A DNA stretch of 63,782 nucleotides, the filler included, from Octopus bimaculoides (Eukaryota), in assembly GCF_001194135.2 (NCBI RefSeq). It is 7 parts of 5 records of this genome, joined end to end, with 100 filler letters (N's around TTAATTAATTAA, not from the genome) between each part and the next. Parts side by side here need not be neighbours in the genome. Positions count along the whole stretch, not along the records: positions 9,148 to 17,512 come from NC_068986.1; positions 17,613 to 37,076 come from NC_069005.1; 5 more parts are not named here. The stretch is one strand, 5' to 3'. The notes under the pieces were generated by a model, which was not told where the DNA came from, ran no database searches, and saw only the letters and a program-made list of their open reading frames with translations. This document shows positions 12,901 through 23,801 of this stretch, piece by piece (the first letter of the stretch is position 1; each line of letters starts with the position of its first letter). The position numbers and the translations under genes were made by a program.

Positions 12901-14224
12901 ATGCAACTGCTTGTCTACATCTTGCAGCAACTAGATCATTAGGATGCAAAACAGCATTGAGAGAAAATACCAACAGGGAGGAGAAGATGGAGAAGAGTGT
13001 AACAAAGGGGTTGGCTACTGTAATAAGAGTTAAGGCTGCAGTTTGGTCTTGTTACTGCTGGAACAAAGGATTAATTAAGAAGCAAAAATCCTCATGTTTA
13101 TGAAAGGTAAAATGCATTCTTGATTGAAATAAATGAAAGAGCCATTCTTGAACTTCCACCAATAACATGCTTTGGTTGAAGCGGTACATAAATTAAGAAT
13201 GAATAGAAATTATCTTGCTTTGTCACGTTCGATCTGCAGCAGGTAAATTAAAATGTACAAGAGAATTTCGTATGCCACTTAGGTTTACTTCTTGTGTAAG
13301 AGAAAGTCATGCACATGTTGTGCGACTTAATAACTATGAGATACCTGGTTGCTTCTCTTAGGCATTTGATTCCTTGGGTCATGTGTAGTAAAATCTATGG
13401 GCTCTCAACACAGAGATGTGTCTAGCATGAAGTCTGGTGAGTGAAGAGAGAGACAAAGGCCAGGGATCTGTGTCTCTTCAATATATAGCAACCCTTGTTA
13501 ATTAATTTACATTCTAGAACAATCCAAAGCTCATTGAAATTAGTAAAAGGGACATAAATCTAACTTCTTGAAAGTTTCTAGAATGTTTGCCAAGGGAGTT
13601 CATTGTGGATAACTCTCATGACTCACCAAAGTAAAATAGGCAATAATAAACCTGTTTCGAATTATGTAAGTCCTACAGAATACTCCCCTTCCAGAACTGG
13701 AACAGTTGACAACAACGAGCAACACTGTAAGTTATGAAGCAGGTAATTGCATGTGTGCTGCAAGAGGAACTGTTGGACTAGAAAGGCTCTGTGACAAGAG
13801 TCTACAAGCAGCATAGCAGAAAAAGTAAGATAAGGCACTGGAAGCAACAAGGCATAAAACAATGTGTGCAAACACAGAACAATGCAAAATCAGAAAGAAT
13901 GGGAAAGCATGACAGACAACTTGTGTGAAATATGAAACCATGCAACCATGATATAAAAAAGCAAACATACAAGAAAATAGTCTGTCAAAAATGTATACAG
14001 TTTATTAAATAGAGACAGCTTATAAAAATGTAAGCAATTCATGTTGATGTGAAAAGTTTAGTCAGATATACATAGTCTTAGTCAGTTTTTGTGGCCGATG
14101 AACAACCCTGCCACTGAGTATAACATAGGGCAAAGAAGATGGAGGTGTTTGTGAGGGTTATTGTGAAGTATATGGTGGTGGTGAAGGTGTTTGTGGTGGT
14201 GGAGTGAATGTGGGAGAGTATGAG

Positions 14225-14600
14225 GCTCTGAGGTGTGAGTGTTGGAAAATGCATTCTTAAATCTATCCACTGAAACAGTCTCTTTCCTACTATTAATGTC
14301 AATAGTGAAAAGCTTGTCAGTGTGTTAAAGAACCTGACAAGGTCCTGTGTATGGTGGTATGAGAGGGCCTCTCACAGAGTCATTGTATAAGAATACACGG
14401 GTCCATGAAGCAATGTCCTTTGGGACGGCAGATTTCATGGGTTGTAACCGAATGTTCATTGGTGGTAGATCAGAGAAGTGTGACTGCAATCGGTTGACAT
14501 AGACGGAAAGATCTTGGGTAGACATATCTGTTGGTGCCAACATCTGGCCAAGCAATGATAAGGGTACTCCACACAGCAGGAGAAGATGGAGAAGAGTATG
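14225..14600 (-). pseudogene. Ty3/Gypsy LTR-retrotransposon integrase C-terminal remnant
   Basis: YVNRLQSHF...VPKDIASWTRVFLYNDSVRGPLIPPYTGPCQVL*HTDKLFTIDINSRKETVSVDRFKNAF matches the Gypsy tail VFVR.D.VR.PL.PPY.GP..V......F.I...G....VSIDRLKPA. Confidence 0.9.
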
Positions 14601-14930
14601 GACTTCATGGCTTTGAATCTTTCAGGGGCATCTGATGGCTGTCAACAGATACTCAGAAAACAGAACATGCAACTAATTGAGAATAGAAGAGAACTACCAT
14701 CTGATGTGCAAACATATGTAGGATGGACTAACTACTGATAATGCCTATCTCTTTCCCTTTTCTCAGAAGTAATAATAAATGTATGTGTGATATGAACAGT
14801 TTCAACAAGTTGCTATCTTTTTCTAATCATTACCAATCACATCCTAATTTTAAAATCTCACAGTTCTTGGTGGTTAGGTTATAGATGCACAGTATTGTAG
14901 TCAAATAAATGTTTTTCATTGTTAGCTTAT

Positions 14931-15050
14931 CTACAAATTGCTTGCTATTCTGTAACTGGTAACCTGACCTACATCCACATTGATAGCCCCCAATTGAATT
15001 CTTGCTGATTTGATGACAGCTACCATTTCCAGCAGATAATTCATCAATGT
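14931..15050 (-). pseudogene. Decayed 120-bp phase-1/phase-1 exon encoding a calcium-binding EGF domain
   Basis: (D)IDELSAGNGSCHQISKNSIGGYQCGCRSGYQLQNSKQFV follows the cbEGF consensus DIDEC....GGC.Q.C.N..GSY.C.C..GY.L.....C with Cys1, Cys3 and Cys6 lost. It is preceded by a polypyrimidine tract ending TTCTAA (expected AG) and followed by ATAAG (expected GTAAG). Confidence 0.85.
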
Positions 15051-15588
15051 TTAGAATACAAAGAGATAGAAAGAAAATAAAATAATACATAGTTAAACCA
15101 AACCATGAATTGAAATTATGCACTCTCTGGAAACTGAAGATTTGAAGTAATGTAAATGTTTATCCAATGACTTCACTGTATTATGTCTTGTGCTCACAGA
15201 AGTATAGTCATCAATTTATCTGTAAAAATTGCGAGCAAGGTTTGAGAGAAAGTGTGTATATGCATCTGTGTATGTAGACGAATATTATGCTAGGTGCATG
15301 TCTGAGTCAAATACAAAATAGATGTTTTCTCAAAGTGAGCAATGAGGAAGATATAAAATAATTATAGCTTGAAACTAAAAGATAGAAGAATCTTACAAAA
15401 GACAGCAATTCTTATGTGTCAAGTGAAGTGGCAGAGAAGCATTTAAAAATTAATAGGAAAACTGATGAGTCATCTCTAGAATACATGAAGTTAGGAGCAG
15501 ATTTATTGTGTATTCCTCTCCCCACACAAATCATATTGTATATAAGTATACATATATGTATACATACATACATATATATATGTGTGTG

Positions 15589-15633
<45 letters not shown>

Positions 15634-15720
15634 GAGAATTTACGAAAAAAAACAACAACAGACGAGGACAGGTGGTGTAAACAACAAAAGGATGTATTAG
15701 TTTAACACTCGGGAATACAG

Positions 15721-15754
15721 AAAGTCTTTAACGTTTTGAGCTACGCTCTTCAAC
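15721..15754 (-). ncRNA. Degenerate minimal hammerhead-ribozyme-like motif beside a Penelope remnant
   Basis: Minus strand GTTGAAGAGCGTAGCTCAAAACGTTAAAG: (C/U)UGANGA core, stem II GAG/CTC, (G/A)AAAC and palindromic AACGTT; two core positions are non-canonical. Confidence 0.35.
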
Positions 15755-15819
15755 TATGTCTTTCAAAGATAGTTACACTAAAAATAAGGTTACTAATAGT
15801 AAAACCAATTAGCTAATTA

Positions 15820-16420
15820 TTCCTTATGGGAGGCAAATTAAATCTAATCTTCCTTTGCAGTTTCATGAAGATATTAGGAATTTTCCAAAGAATTCTAGAT
15901 ATTACTCTATTATCAACTCACACACGGTTAGGATTGGTTTTTCCAACACTAAAAATCTCTTACAAATTATCTCCTCACATAATATTAGCCTGTTAAATAG
16001 GGATACATTTACTAATACTAAAATTAATTTAGCTAATACCATCCATCCCCCTAGAAATATTAATAACAAGGTTATTGTATCTGGAGTCAATTACAACAGA
16101 ATCAAGTTTATGTCAAGTAACTCTAAAATTAAAAATTCTATATACCAGTATAAAATTACTTCTGGTAATGAAGTATTTTTTTTTATATAGACAGCTCATC
16201 TTCTCAGTCAGTTAAAAGAATTTCTAATCATTACTTTACATTTAGGGATAGGAATAAAAGTAAAAGTACAGGGCTTAGTAAATTAATTTGGTATCTAAAA
16301 GACCACAATAAACAGTTTAATTTAGATTGGTTGAGTCTCTCAATTTTGATACCTTATGATAAAGGCAAGGAATTCTGTCTTCTCTGTAATTTTGAACTTT
16401 TTTATTCTTTTTTCTAAAAA
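15820..16420 (+). pseudogene. Penelope-like element remnant (end of RT region plus GIY-YIG C-terminus)
   Basis: PYGRQIKSNL...FPKNSRYYSIINSHTVRIGFSNTKNLLQIISSHN (PLE motif FP..H.L..I.N..TVK.SYS...N...IISSHN), then STGLSKLIWYLKDHNKQFNLDW...PYDKGKEFCLLC, similar to 7920-8340. Confidence 0.8.
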
Positions 16421-17134
16421 TCCCCTTGTAAACACAGAGCGTGCATACTGATGTAAACATTGGCAGAAACACACCTGTATTCATATAAGTGATATCTATC
16501 ATTATATATAATTTAAACATTAATTTTCTTCTTACATTTCACATTCACTAGATATATCTTTTTCCAGACTTTAGGGTTTTATTTAATTTAGATATCGTTA
16601 TATATTTCTCTTTTATTTGTTTTTTTCTTTCCTGTACCCCTCCTCTTTCTATAGGCTACATTTGACGTTATATCCTCTAACATTTTTTTAAAACAAACTT
16701 AATAGCGTTCAGTTAATCACTATACATATCCATCATTTTCTGTTAAAATGTCTTATTGACGAGTTTCATTTCTTTATTTTCCTGAAGAGAAAATTACATT
16801 GTTTTACATCATTTTATTCCTTTGGAATAACACCAGTGATATCTTCAAAACATGTGTTGGAAGTAAAAGAATTTGAATAACACCCGCGTTTAACTCCATT
16901 TATTTATTTATATATATATTATACAAAATATTTCAAGTAAACCCGGAGTTTCTACCTTTAAAAACGAGGTGTTACACACTTTTTTACATGTGTGATTTTT
17001 GCTACTCTGGTAAATATTTATCTATTTTTTTCCACGTTAATTGTTAACAAGGGAAAAATACATACAACTATTTATATATATATTTATTGGCTAAACTGGC
17101 AATATGACCATCCCCAAATACAACAACAATATAT

Positions 17135-17512
17135 CATCATCATCATCGTTTAACGTCCGCTTTCCATGCTAGCATGGGTTGGACGATTTGACTGAGGACT
17201 GGTGAAACCGGATGGCTACACCAGGCTCCAATCTGATTTGGCAGAGTTTCTACAGCTGGATGCCCTTCCTAACGCCAACTACTCAGAAAGTGTAGTGGGT
17301 GCTTTTATGTGTCACCCGCACGATGGCCAGTCAGGCGGTACTGGCAACAGCCAGGCTCAAAATGGTGTATTTTATGTGCCACCCGCACAAGAGCCAGTCC
17401 AGGGGCACTGGCAACGATCTCACTCGAAAATCCTTACATATGTCACGGGCACAAGTGCCAGAAAGGTGACGCTGGGCACAGGTGCTATCCCGATTTCGCT
17501 TTCGATTTCCCC
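17135..17512 (-). mobile_element. High-copy retroelement 3' end with (ATG)n tail (RTE-type 3' UTR or derived SINE)
   Basis: Near-identical to 53283-53477 (CATCATC.TTTAACGTCCGCTTTCCATGCTAGCATGGGTTGGACG...GGATGCCCTTCCTAACGCCAAC); both run into assembly gaps. Confidence 0.85.
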
Positions 17513-18029
17513 NNNNNNNNNNNNNNNNNNNNNNNNNNNNNNNNNNNNNNNNNNNNTTAATTAATTAANNNNNNNNNNNNNNNNNNNNNNNNNNNNNNNN
17601 NNNNNNNNNNNNTTCTTACAAAGAAACAAACTCCATCACTGTAATTCGGATACAGACAACAATAAATGTTACATGTTGAAATGTCTTATAATTGTACTGT
17701 TCCGCTAACAGATTGTTTTAGTGAAGTAGGTGTTAGCTGGTCACTTTCTTCACCTGAAAAGCTTAGGTTTTCCTTTTGATCTATTAAACATGTTCTAACT
17801 TAGCTAAGACTATGACAAACATTTTCTAACATAACCAAATTAGAAAATGTATAACCAACTGCACCAAGAATTATTGGTGGAAATATGAATTCATAGTGAG
17901 TGAGAGAGAAGTAGTTATTCATAAATGTCGCATGTTTGTATTTCTGTTTATTTTGGCACTAAATCCACCGAAATACGTGTTACGAAAATTCACTGATCAT
18001 ATCTTTAGGTTACTAACGTAACAGGTAAT

Positions 18030-18200
18030 TTGTTTGCGGACGGTCTAAAGATTTATGCTTGAAGTATTTACATTGCTGAGAAACAGATGGATTCTGGATT
18101 CTGGATTCTGTAACAATATATTTTGCTAATATAGGAATGGAATTTGGCCAAAAAATGTTCAAATGTGACTGTCGGAGGCGGAAAAACTATTTCTCAAATC
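18030..18200 (+). pseudogene. Short CR1/Jockey-like RT fragment around the catalytic motif
   Basis: NLFADGLKIY resembles LFADDLKIY, followed by EWNL...KC. Confidence 0.5.
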
Positions 18201-18780
18201 CAAAATCATCGCATTAAAGCATCTCGATCTCTTTGATCGTAGAGATAACAATGAATATTATACCGGAATAAGATACGTGGCGACTGGATCTTTCTTTTAA
18301 AGGAAGACAATATCCCACAATGCATTTGTAGTACCGGTACTGATACCAACATTTAAGAAACTTAACAGGTCTATAAAGGGAATCCGTTGCATTAGCATTA
18401 AAACCCACAGTATCCGCGATGCAACCAAAAATGTCGATTATGTTATACTTAGGTAGGGGGATTGAACATATGATCAGCAGTTGTCAAAAAATTATATTAA
18501 GGTGCTGCCTCTCATTGTCACATGTGATTGCTCAAACAATGTTTATCTATAGATACTTTTACCAGTGGTAAACTAAGACAAATTGGACACATGCGTATAA
18601 ACAAAATGAATATCTTTATCATATTATCCCCTTCAAAAATTCTGCCAATCGCAAACGCAACAGGCTTGATACGATAGTTTGTGATAGACAGGAAAGTCGT
18701 GTACAATCCAATCACATAGATCAGGTACCCGTGGGATGGGGACATTCCTGCCAAAATTATTAAGAAAGAGGACATTTATG
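18200..18780 (-). pseudogene. Highly degenerate CR1-like RT N-terminal fragment
   Basis: TNYR.KPVAFAIGRIFE resembles the NYRPISLTS..CKIFE motif; many stops and frameshifts. Confidence 0.4.
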
Positions 18781-19183
18781 AATAACTACTTCTCTCTCAC
18801 TCACTATGAATTCATATTTCNNNNNNNNNNNNNNNNNNNNNNNNNNNNNNNNNNNNNNNNNNNNNNNNNNNNNNNNNNNNNNNNNNNNNNNNNNNNNNNN
18901 NNNNNNNNNNNNNNNNNNNNGAATTATTCAAACCCCAAAGAACTCCTCTCGAGAAATGGTTATTATGCTCCCCCACTACTTCTGCTCGTGATCAGAGATC
19001 TACATATCGTCAGCCACCAAGGGACATGCTCAAGTAGTTAAGGCGAAACAACTGAGCAGAAGATTTGCTGTAGACCGTCTTTTTTTTTTATACCAAGACA
19101 AATCAATGTGCATGATAACACTTCCAATCAGTTAAGATCAGAAGCCAACCATGAGAACCACTGCCTAGTACTACCTCAGAGCG

Positions 19184-19240
<57 letters not shown>

Positions 19241-19463
19241 TAGTTTTATTTTTATAACGTGCTTTCACTTCACTACCGAGCGCAGTTCTGTGTGCCTTTA
19301 CTTTTCTTTTAATCATTTTCATGCATACAATTCACCTGTTCCTCTTCACTCTTTCTTTTACGTTTTTTTCTATATCTTTCTATTCATTCACTCCTTCACT
19401 CACCCAATATAGTTAATTTCCTTAAAATTTCCTTTCTAGAGTTACCTTACTACCTGGTTTTCC

Positions 19464-19505
<42 letters not shown>

Positions 19506-19797
19506 ATATGCATATATACCCGTTTTTGCTATCGTACGTATGTATATTTACGGTGTGTACAATAATGTATATGTCCTTAGTAAGTATGTGTATGGGTTTA
19601 TTATAGTGTGTTTGTGTCTGTCGATGTTTTGGGATATATGTTCTCTTCAGTATGTGTGTGAACGTTTGCTTATATCTATAAGTGGGAGATCGTAAACGTA
19701 AAATCTTTTTCTGAGTAAACATGTCTGATTTCCGTAGTTAAAAAAGTAACATGGTTAATAAAAAAAAAATTCCCACACATACCAACACGTCAAGAAA

Positions 19798-19962
19798 CTA
19801 ACCCCTTGATATTGGAACAGGATCTGATGGATTCCTTCGATGTCTTGGATCAGCTGCATTTGAATTAGAAGCGTAGTGTGACTTTCGTAAATTTTTTTCA
19901 TTGGCAACATCGTCGATTTTAAACAGCAATAATATCAAAACAGTTATGAAGTACTTCCACAT
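19798..19962 (-). CDS. Candidate secreted peptide precursor, or the signal-peptide first exon of a larger secreted protein
   Basis: MWKYFITVLILLLFKIDDVANEKNLRKSHYASNSNAADPRHRRNPSDPVPISRG* has a hydrophobic N-terminus, RK and RHRR basic sites and a C-terminal Gly. The purine-rich context is GAAAACATG, and the final G|GTTAG is also a plausible phase-1 donor. Confidence 0.45.
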   Translation of the reverse strand: MWKYFITVLILLLFKIDDVANEKNLRKSHYASNSNAADPRHRRNPSDPVPISRG

Positions 19963-20207
19963 GTTTTCCTTTCTCTTTCTGTCCACTTAAATGCCAATAT
20001 AATGCACTGCTGTCAATGTCTTCTTTCTTCAATATATTGTTTTTATCGTTCGCTATAGCTGACGTCATCTGGTTAGTATTTCGGATGTGTGTGTGTGTGC
20101 ATGTGTGTATGTGTTTGCGTGTGTCGTCTGCTTCTACATACAAATGTACACTATTCTGGAAGGGTAAGAAACAATGTGAGAGAATGATAGAGAGAGAGAG
20201 AAAAATT

Positions 20208-20241
<34 letters not shown>

Positions 20242-20345
20242 TACAGACAGAGACAGAAATGGAGGAGATGGAGAAAGAGTGTGTGATGAAAGCATCAACT
20301 GACATTCAGCTGTTTTTAAATTTAGTGTGTCTGTGTGTGTGTGCG

Positions 20346-20383
<38 letters not shown>

Positions 20384-20420
20384 TGTGTGTGGTCTGCTTC
20401 TAGTTTCACTTTCCTCACAG

Positions 20421-20452
20421 ATGCTCGTACACAGATTCAAAAATTGCCCTCG
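20421..20452 (+). other. Candidate 32-nt exon with canonical splice sites (ATG CTC GTA CAC AGA TTC AAA AAT TGC CCT CG)
   Basis: Flanked by TTTCACTTTCCTCACAG and GTGAGT; too short to assess homology. Confidence 0.3.
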
Positions 20453-20800
20453 GTGAGTTTGAAAGAGAAAGAGAGGAGGAAGAGAGAGAGAGGAAGAGAG
20501 AGAGGAAGAGAACGGGAGAGTGTGTAGGATGAATGCTCAACAGTTATTCTTCTTTTTGCCTATGTAAGTTGCGAGTATTACTGTCTGTGGCAATATATTG
20601 TTGTAGAAGAATTAGTAGTTTGACTACTATTCCTAAATTTCGGTATGTGGTGAAGCAATTTCTGCTGATCCCCTAATTATGTTTATAATTATAAAAAAAA
20701 CTTTTTGTATAAGTTTTTACCGATAATGGTTTTTTTTTTCCATGCCGAACTACTTGGTAAAATTATTAATTATTAAATTAATAATTCTTTACCCTTTATC

Positions 20801-20835
<35 letters not shown>

Positions 20836-21001
20836 CAATGTTAATTCTCTAAATGAGGTATTAACAGTAACTGCACGATAAAGTGAAGTATATTGCCACT
20901 TAAATGTGGCTGACCCCTAGGGGTGGATGTTACTGTTGCTTTTAGCCCCAGGAGGACATCTCCTCCAGCTGGCTTATCGACACACTTCTGTGTCCTGTTT
21001 G

Positions 21002-21059
21002 TTTTGCCAAGGGAAGTTATCCCTCTCATCGATGAGAGGGATAACTTCCCTTGGCAAAA
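21002..21059. repeat. Perfect 58-bp palindrome with no spacer
   Basis: TTTTGCCAAGGGAAGTTATCCCTCTCATC|GATGAGAGGGATAACTTCCCTTGGCAAAA; the two 29-nt halves are exact reverse complements. Confidence 0.98.
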
Positions 21060-22519
21060 TTTAAACAAATTGCTCTCAAAATTTCATTTTGAAACGTTTT
21101 AAAGTGGTGTATATTCTACATACAGCGCTGTCGGATAACTTTATACAGAGATGTACAGAGCTATGTAACGGTGGGGTGCCCGTGTCTGCATGTTTAAATC
21201 TTTATCAGTCTCTATGGCAGATTTTATTTGGTTTTGAATATCTTCAGAAAGTCGACTGGATTCACAAGAATTATCGATGTCATTGCTGTCAGTGACAGTC
21301 ATTTCTCAAGCAAAGAAAGATGCGCGTTTTCGTAGCTGCTTGGATGTAAAACGGCTTAATTTTTGGGCGTGCTTAGATAGACCAATTTCTAAATCAATTC
21401 ATATCGCCAACAGAAGGATTGTCACGGGCATTTTCTTTGTACAGAAATCCATCTTGATTTAAATGCGAAGATAGTTAAGTGAGAAGAATGCTTACGTCGT
21501 CTAAAATAGCTCAAAGATGTGCTATATGAATATTAGTGCTATCGTTGTTAATGCCGCCATAATCATATAAGCAAAATATCACGACGTGAAGAGTGCCGTT
21601 TCAAAATCCGGTCAGTGGATAATAAATTGGTGAGTAAAAGTTTTCTTATTTGTAACAGAAGAAAATATTACAGATTTACTGATCAAAATTTGGATAGTTG
21701 GTTTAATTGTATAAGAGGGTCTATGGAAGCCCGTTTGCGGCTGGCAAAGGCGGACGTTTGTTGCTATCTAGTAGGCATACGTGTATGTACGTACGCTTGC
21801 ATACATGTATGCTTATGTCTGTATCTTATGATTTTCTTTAAATTTCACTTGCTAGTAAATTTCATTATTGCTTTGGAAATTATCGAGATAAATTTCATAA
21901 CAATTTTTTAATAACAATTTTATTGTATACTGAGTATCCATAAAAATTTAAGAACATATAAATAAAAATATTCCTACAAATTAATATGGAACTAAACGTT
22001 CTTTAAATTTCTTTTAAGTCGTCAAATATTTTGGACAAAATATCAAATAGTTATCTGTTGTAACAAGCAACGTCAATATTGCCCCATTCACGTATTACCG
22101 CTTGATCCGAGTTTTGTCCCCAGACATGACAAAATATTTTCTATCTGCGGTCATTCTGGGATGCTACCTTGAAGAGTTTGACTGAACAAAGCAATTCCAG
22201 TACTTACATTGAAATTTAGTATCTATGACGGTATCTTTTATCGAACAACTAAGTAACAGGGACGTAAACACACCAACACCAATTGTCATGAGGTGGTTAG
22301 ATACACACACACACACACACACACACACAAATATATATATAAATCTTGGAGAGTTATAACTACCTCTCACTCATCAACACCAAAAAGTCTAAAAAGTACG
22401 TATATTTTTAGCAAATTTACATTGGTGGAGTACTGTTTAACTACTTTCAGCATAACAATGAGTACATTTATTTCCTGTGTTCAAATCTAACTTGGGTAAA
22501 TGTTACAATTTCTTTTTAA

Positions 22520-22682
22520 TAGGTGTGGCTGCATAGTAAGAAGTTTGTTCCCCAACCACATGGTTCTGGGTGCAGTCCCGTTGCACGGCATCTTAGGTAG
22601 GTGTCTTCTACTACATCTCCGAGCCGACTAAATGTTTGTGGGTGCATTTGGTAGACAGAAACTGAAATAAGCTCATAGTTTA

Positions 22683-22747
<65 letters not shown>

Positions 22748-22928
22748 GTGTGTCTGTGTGTCTGTATGTGTGTGTGTATGCGTGTGTATTCGAGTGTGTT
22801 TGTGTGTTTGCACCCTAGCAAACGATGTTGGTTTGTTTCCGTCCTCTAAATAATTAGAATGAGTACCAGGCTTTAAAATGAGTACTAGGATCGATTCGCT
22901 CGAGTAAATACTTCAAGGCGGTGTCCCA
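22520..22928 (+). mobile_element. SINE family A, diverged full-length copy with an internal (TATC)n expansion
   Basis: Head GGTGTGGCTGCATAGTAAGAAGTTTGTTCCCCAACCACATGGTTCTGGGTGCAGTCCCG is colinear with the reverse complement of 6066-6493; (TATC)n at ~22682-22746. Confidence 0.8.
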
Positions 22929-23730
22929 ATACTTTTAATGCCCATAATTCCGATAATTCTGCATTTTTCCAGTTGAAAGTTTTCGATGACACTTCATAAA
23001 TTCATATATACACTCACACACACATGCACGTTTATGTATGCATATATCCATACATCAATATATAGAAACCAAAAACTATCATTTTCACGACAGATTTTGG
23101 GAATAAAAGTTGAAGGCAGCCGACCGTAATGACAGCAGTTCAAGACAGTGGTACTTAAATGAATAGAAAGAAAAGGAAAACATGCAGAGACCTTTCACTG
23201 CTTTTTGACGTCTTTAACTTTAACAATCCAAGCGTTCGCCATTTACGCAGAATCCAAGCCAGATTCAACAGGTTAGTGTATTAGTATATCTATGTATGTA
23301 TGTATTTATCAATATATATTACTTATATGTCACTTATTGCTTATATTGTGGCACTTTTCCTCATCAGCTGTAGAGTAAGATCACAAAGCTCTCGGCTGTC
23401 TTTGGACAATATCAGTCTCTGAAGGAGGATTGAATTGCATTATTGCTTTCTAGGAATGTCGAGATCGATTTGGTCGCCTATGATGTAATATAACATTTCA
23501 CTCCGTTATTTACGCAAAGACCTCCACAAACCAGTAGCAGCTAAGAATACGGAAAGGATAACAGCAAATATGATCTCGACGGAATTAGAACACAAAACGT
23601 AAAGACGGACAGCTACTGCACCATTATTTTGTTTTAATATCTACTGACAATTTATATCCATATTTATGTTTGTCAGTCATGTGTATGCCATAACCAAGAT
23701 ACAAAGTTCGTTAATTTTCTCTTTAATAAT

Positions 23731-23801
23731 CTGAAGAGGCAGGCTGAAGAGAAGGCAGGCTGAAGAGAAGGCAGGCTGAAGAGAAGGCAGGCTGAAGAGA
23801 A
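23731..23801. repeat. 16-bp minisatellite (CTGAAGAGAAGGCAGG), ~4.5 copies
   Basis: Three exact units at 23744-23791 plus partial flanking units. Confidence 0.95.

Noticed and set aside
13690-13950. Charged, stop-riddled plus-strand reading that might be a Helitron N-terminal repeat
   Set aside because: No diagnostic motif could be identified.
21445-21629. Plus-strand segment with a good acceptor (TTTCTTTGTACAG) and donor (G|GTGAGT)
   Set aside because: Stops in all three frames; it could be a UTR or lncRNA exon, but such signals are common in AT-rich DNA and nothing else supports it.
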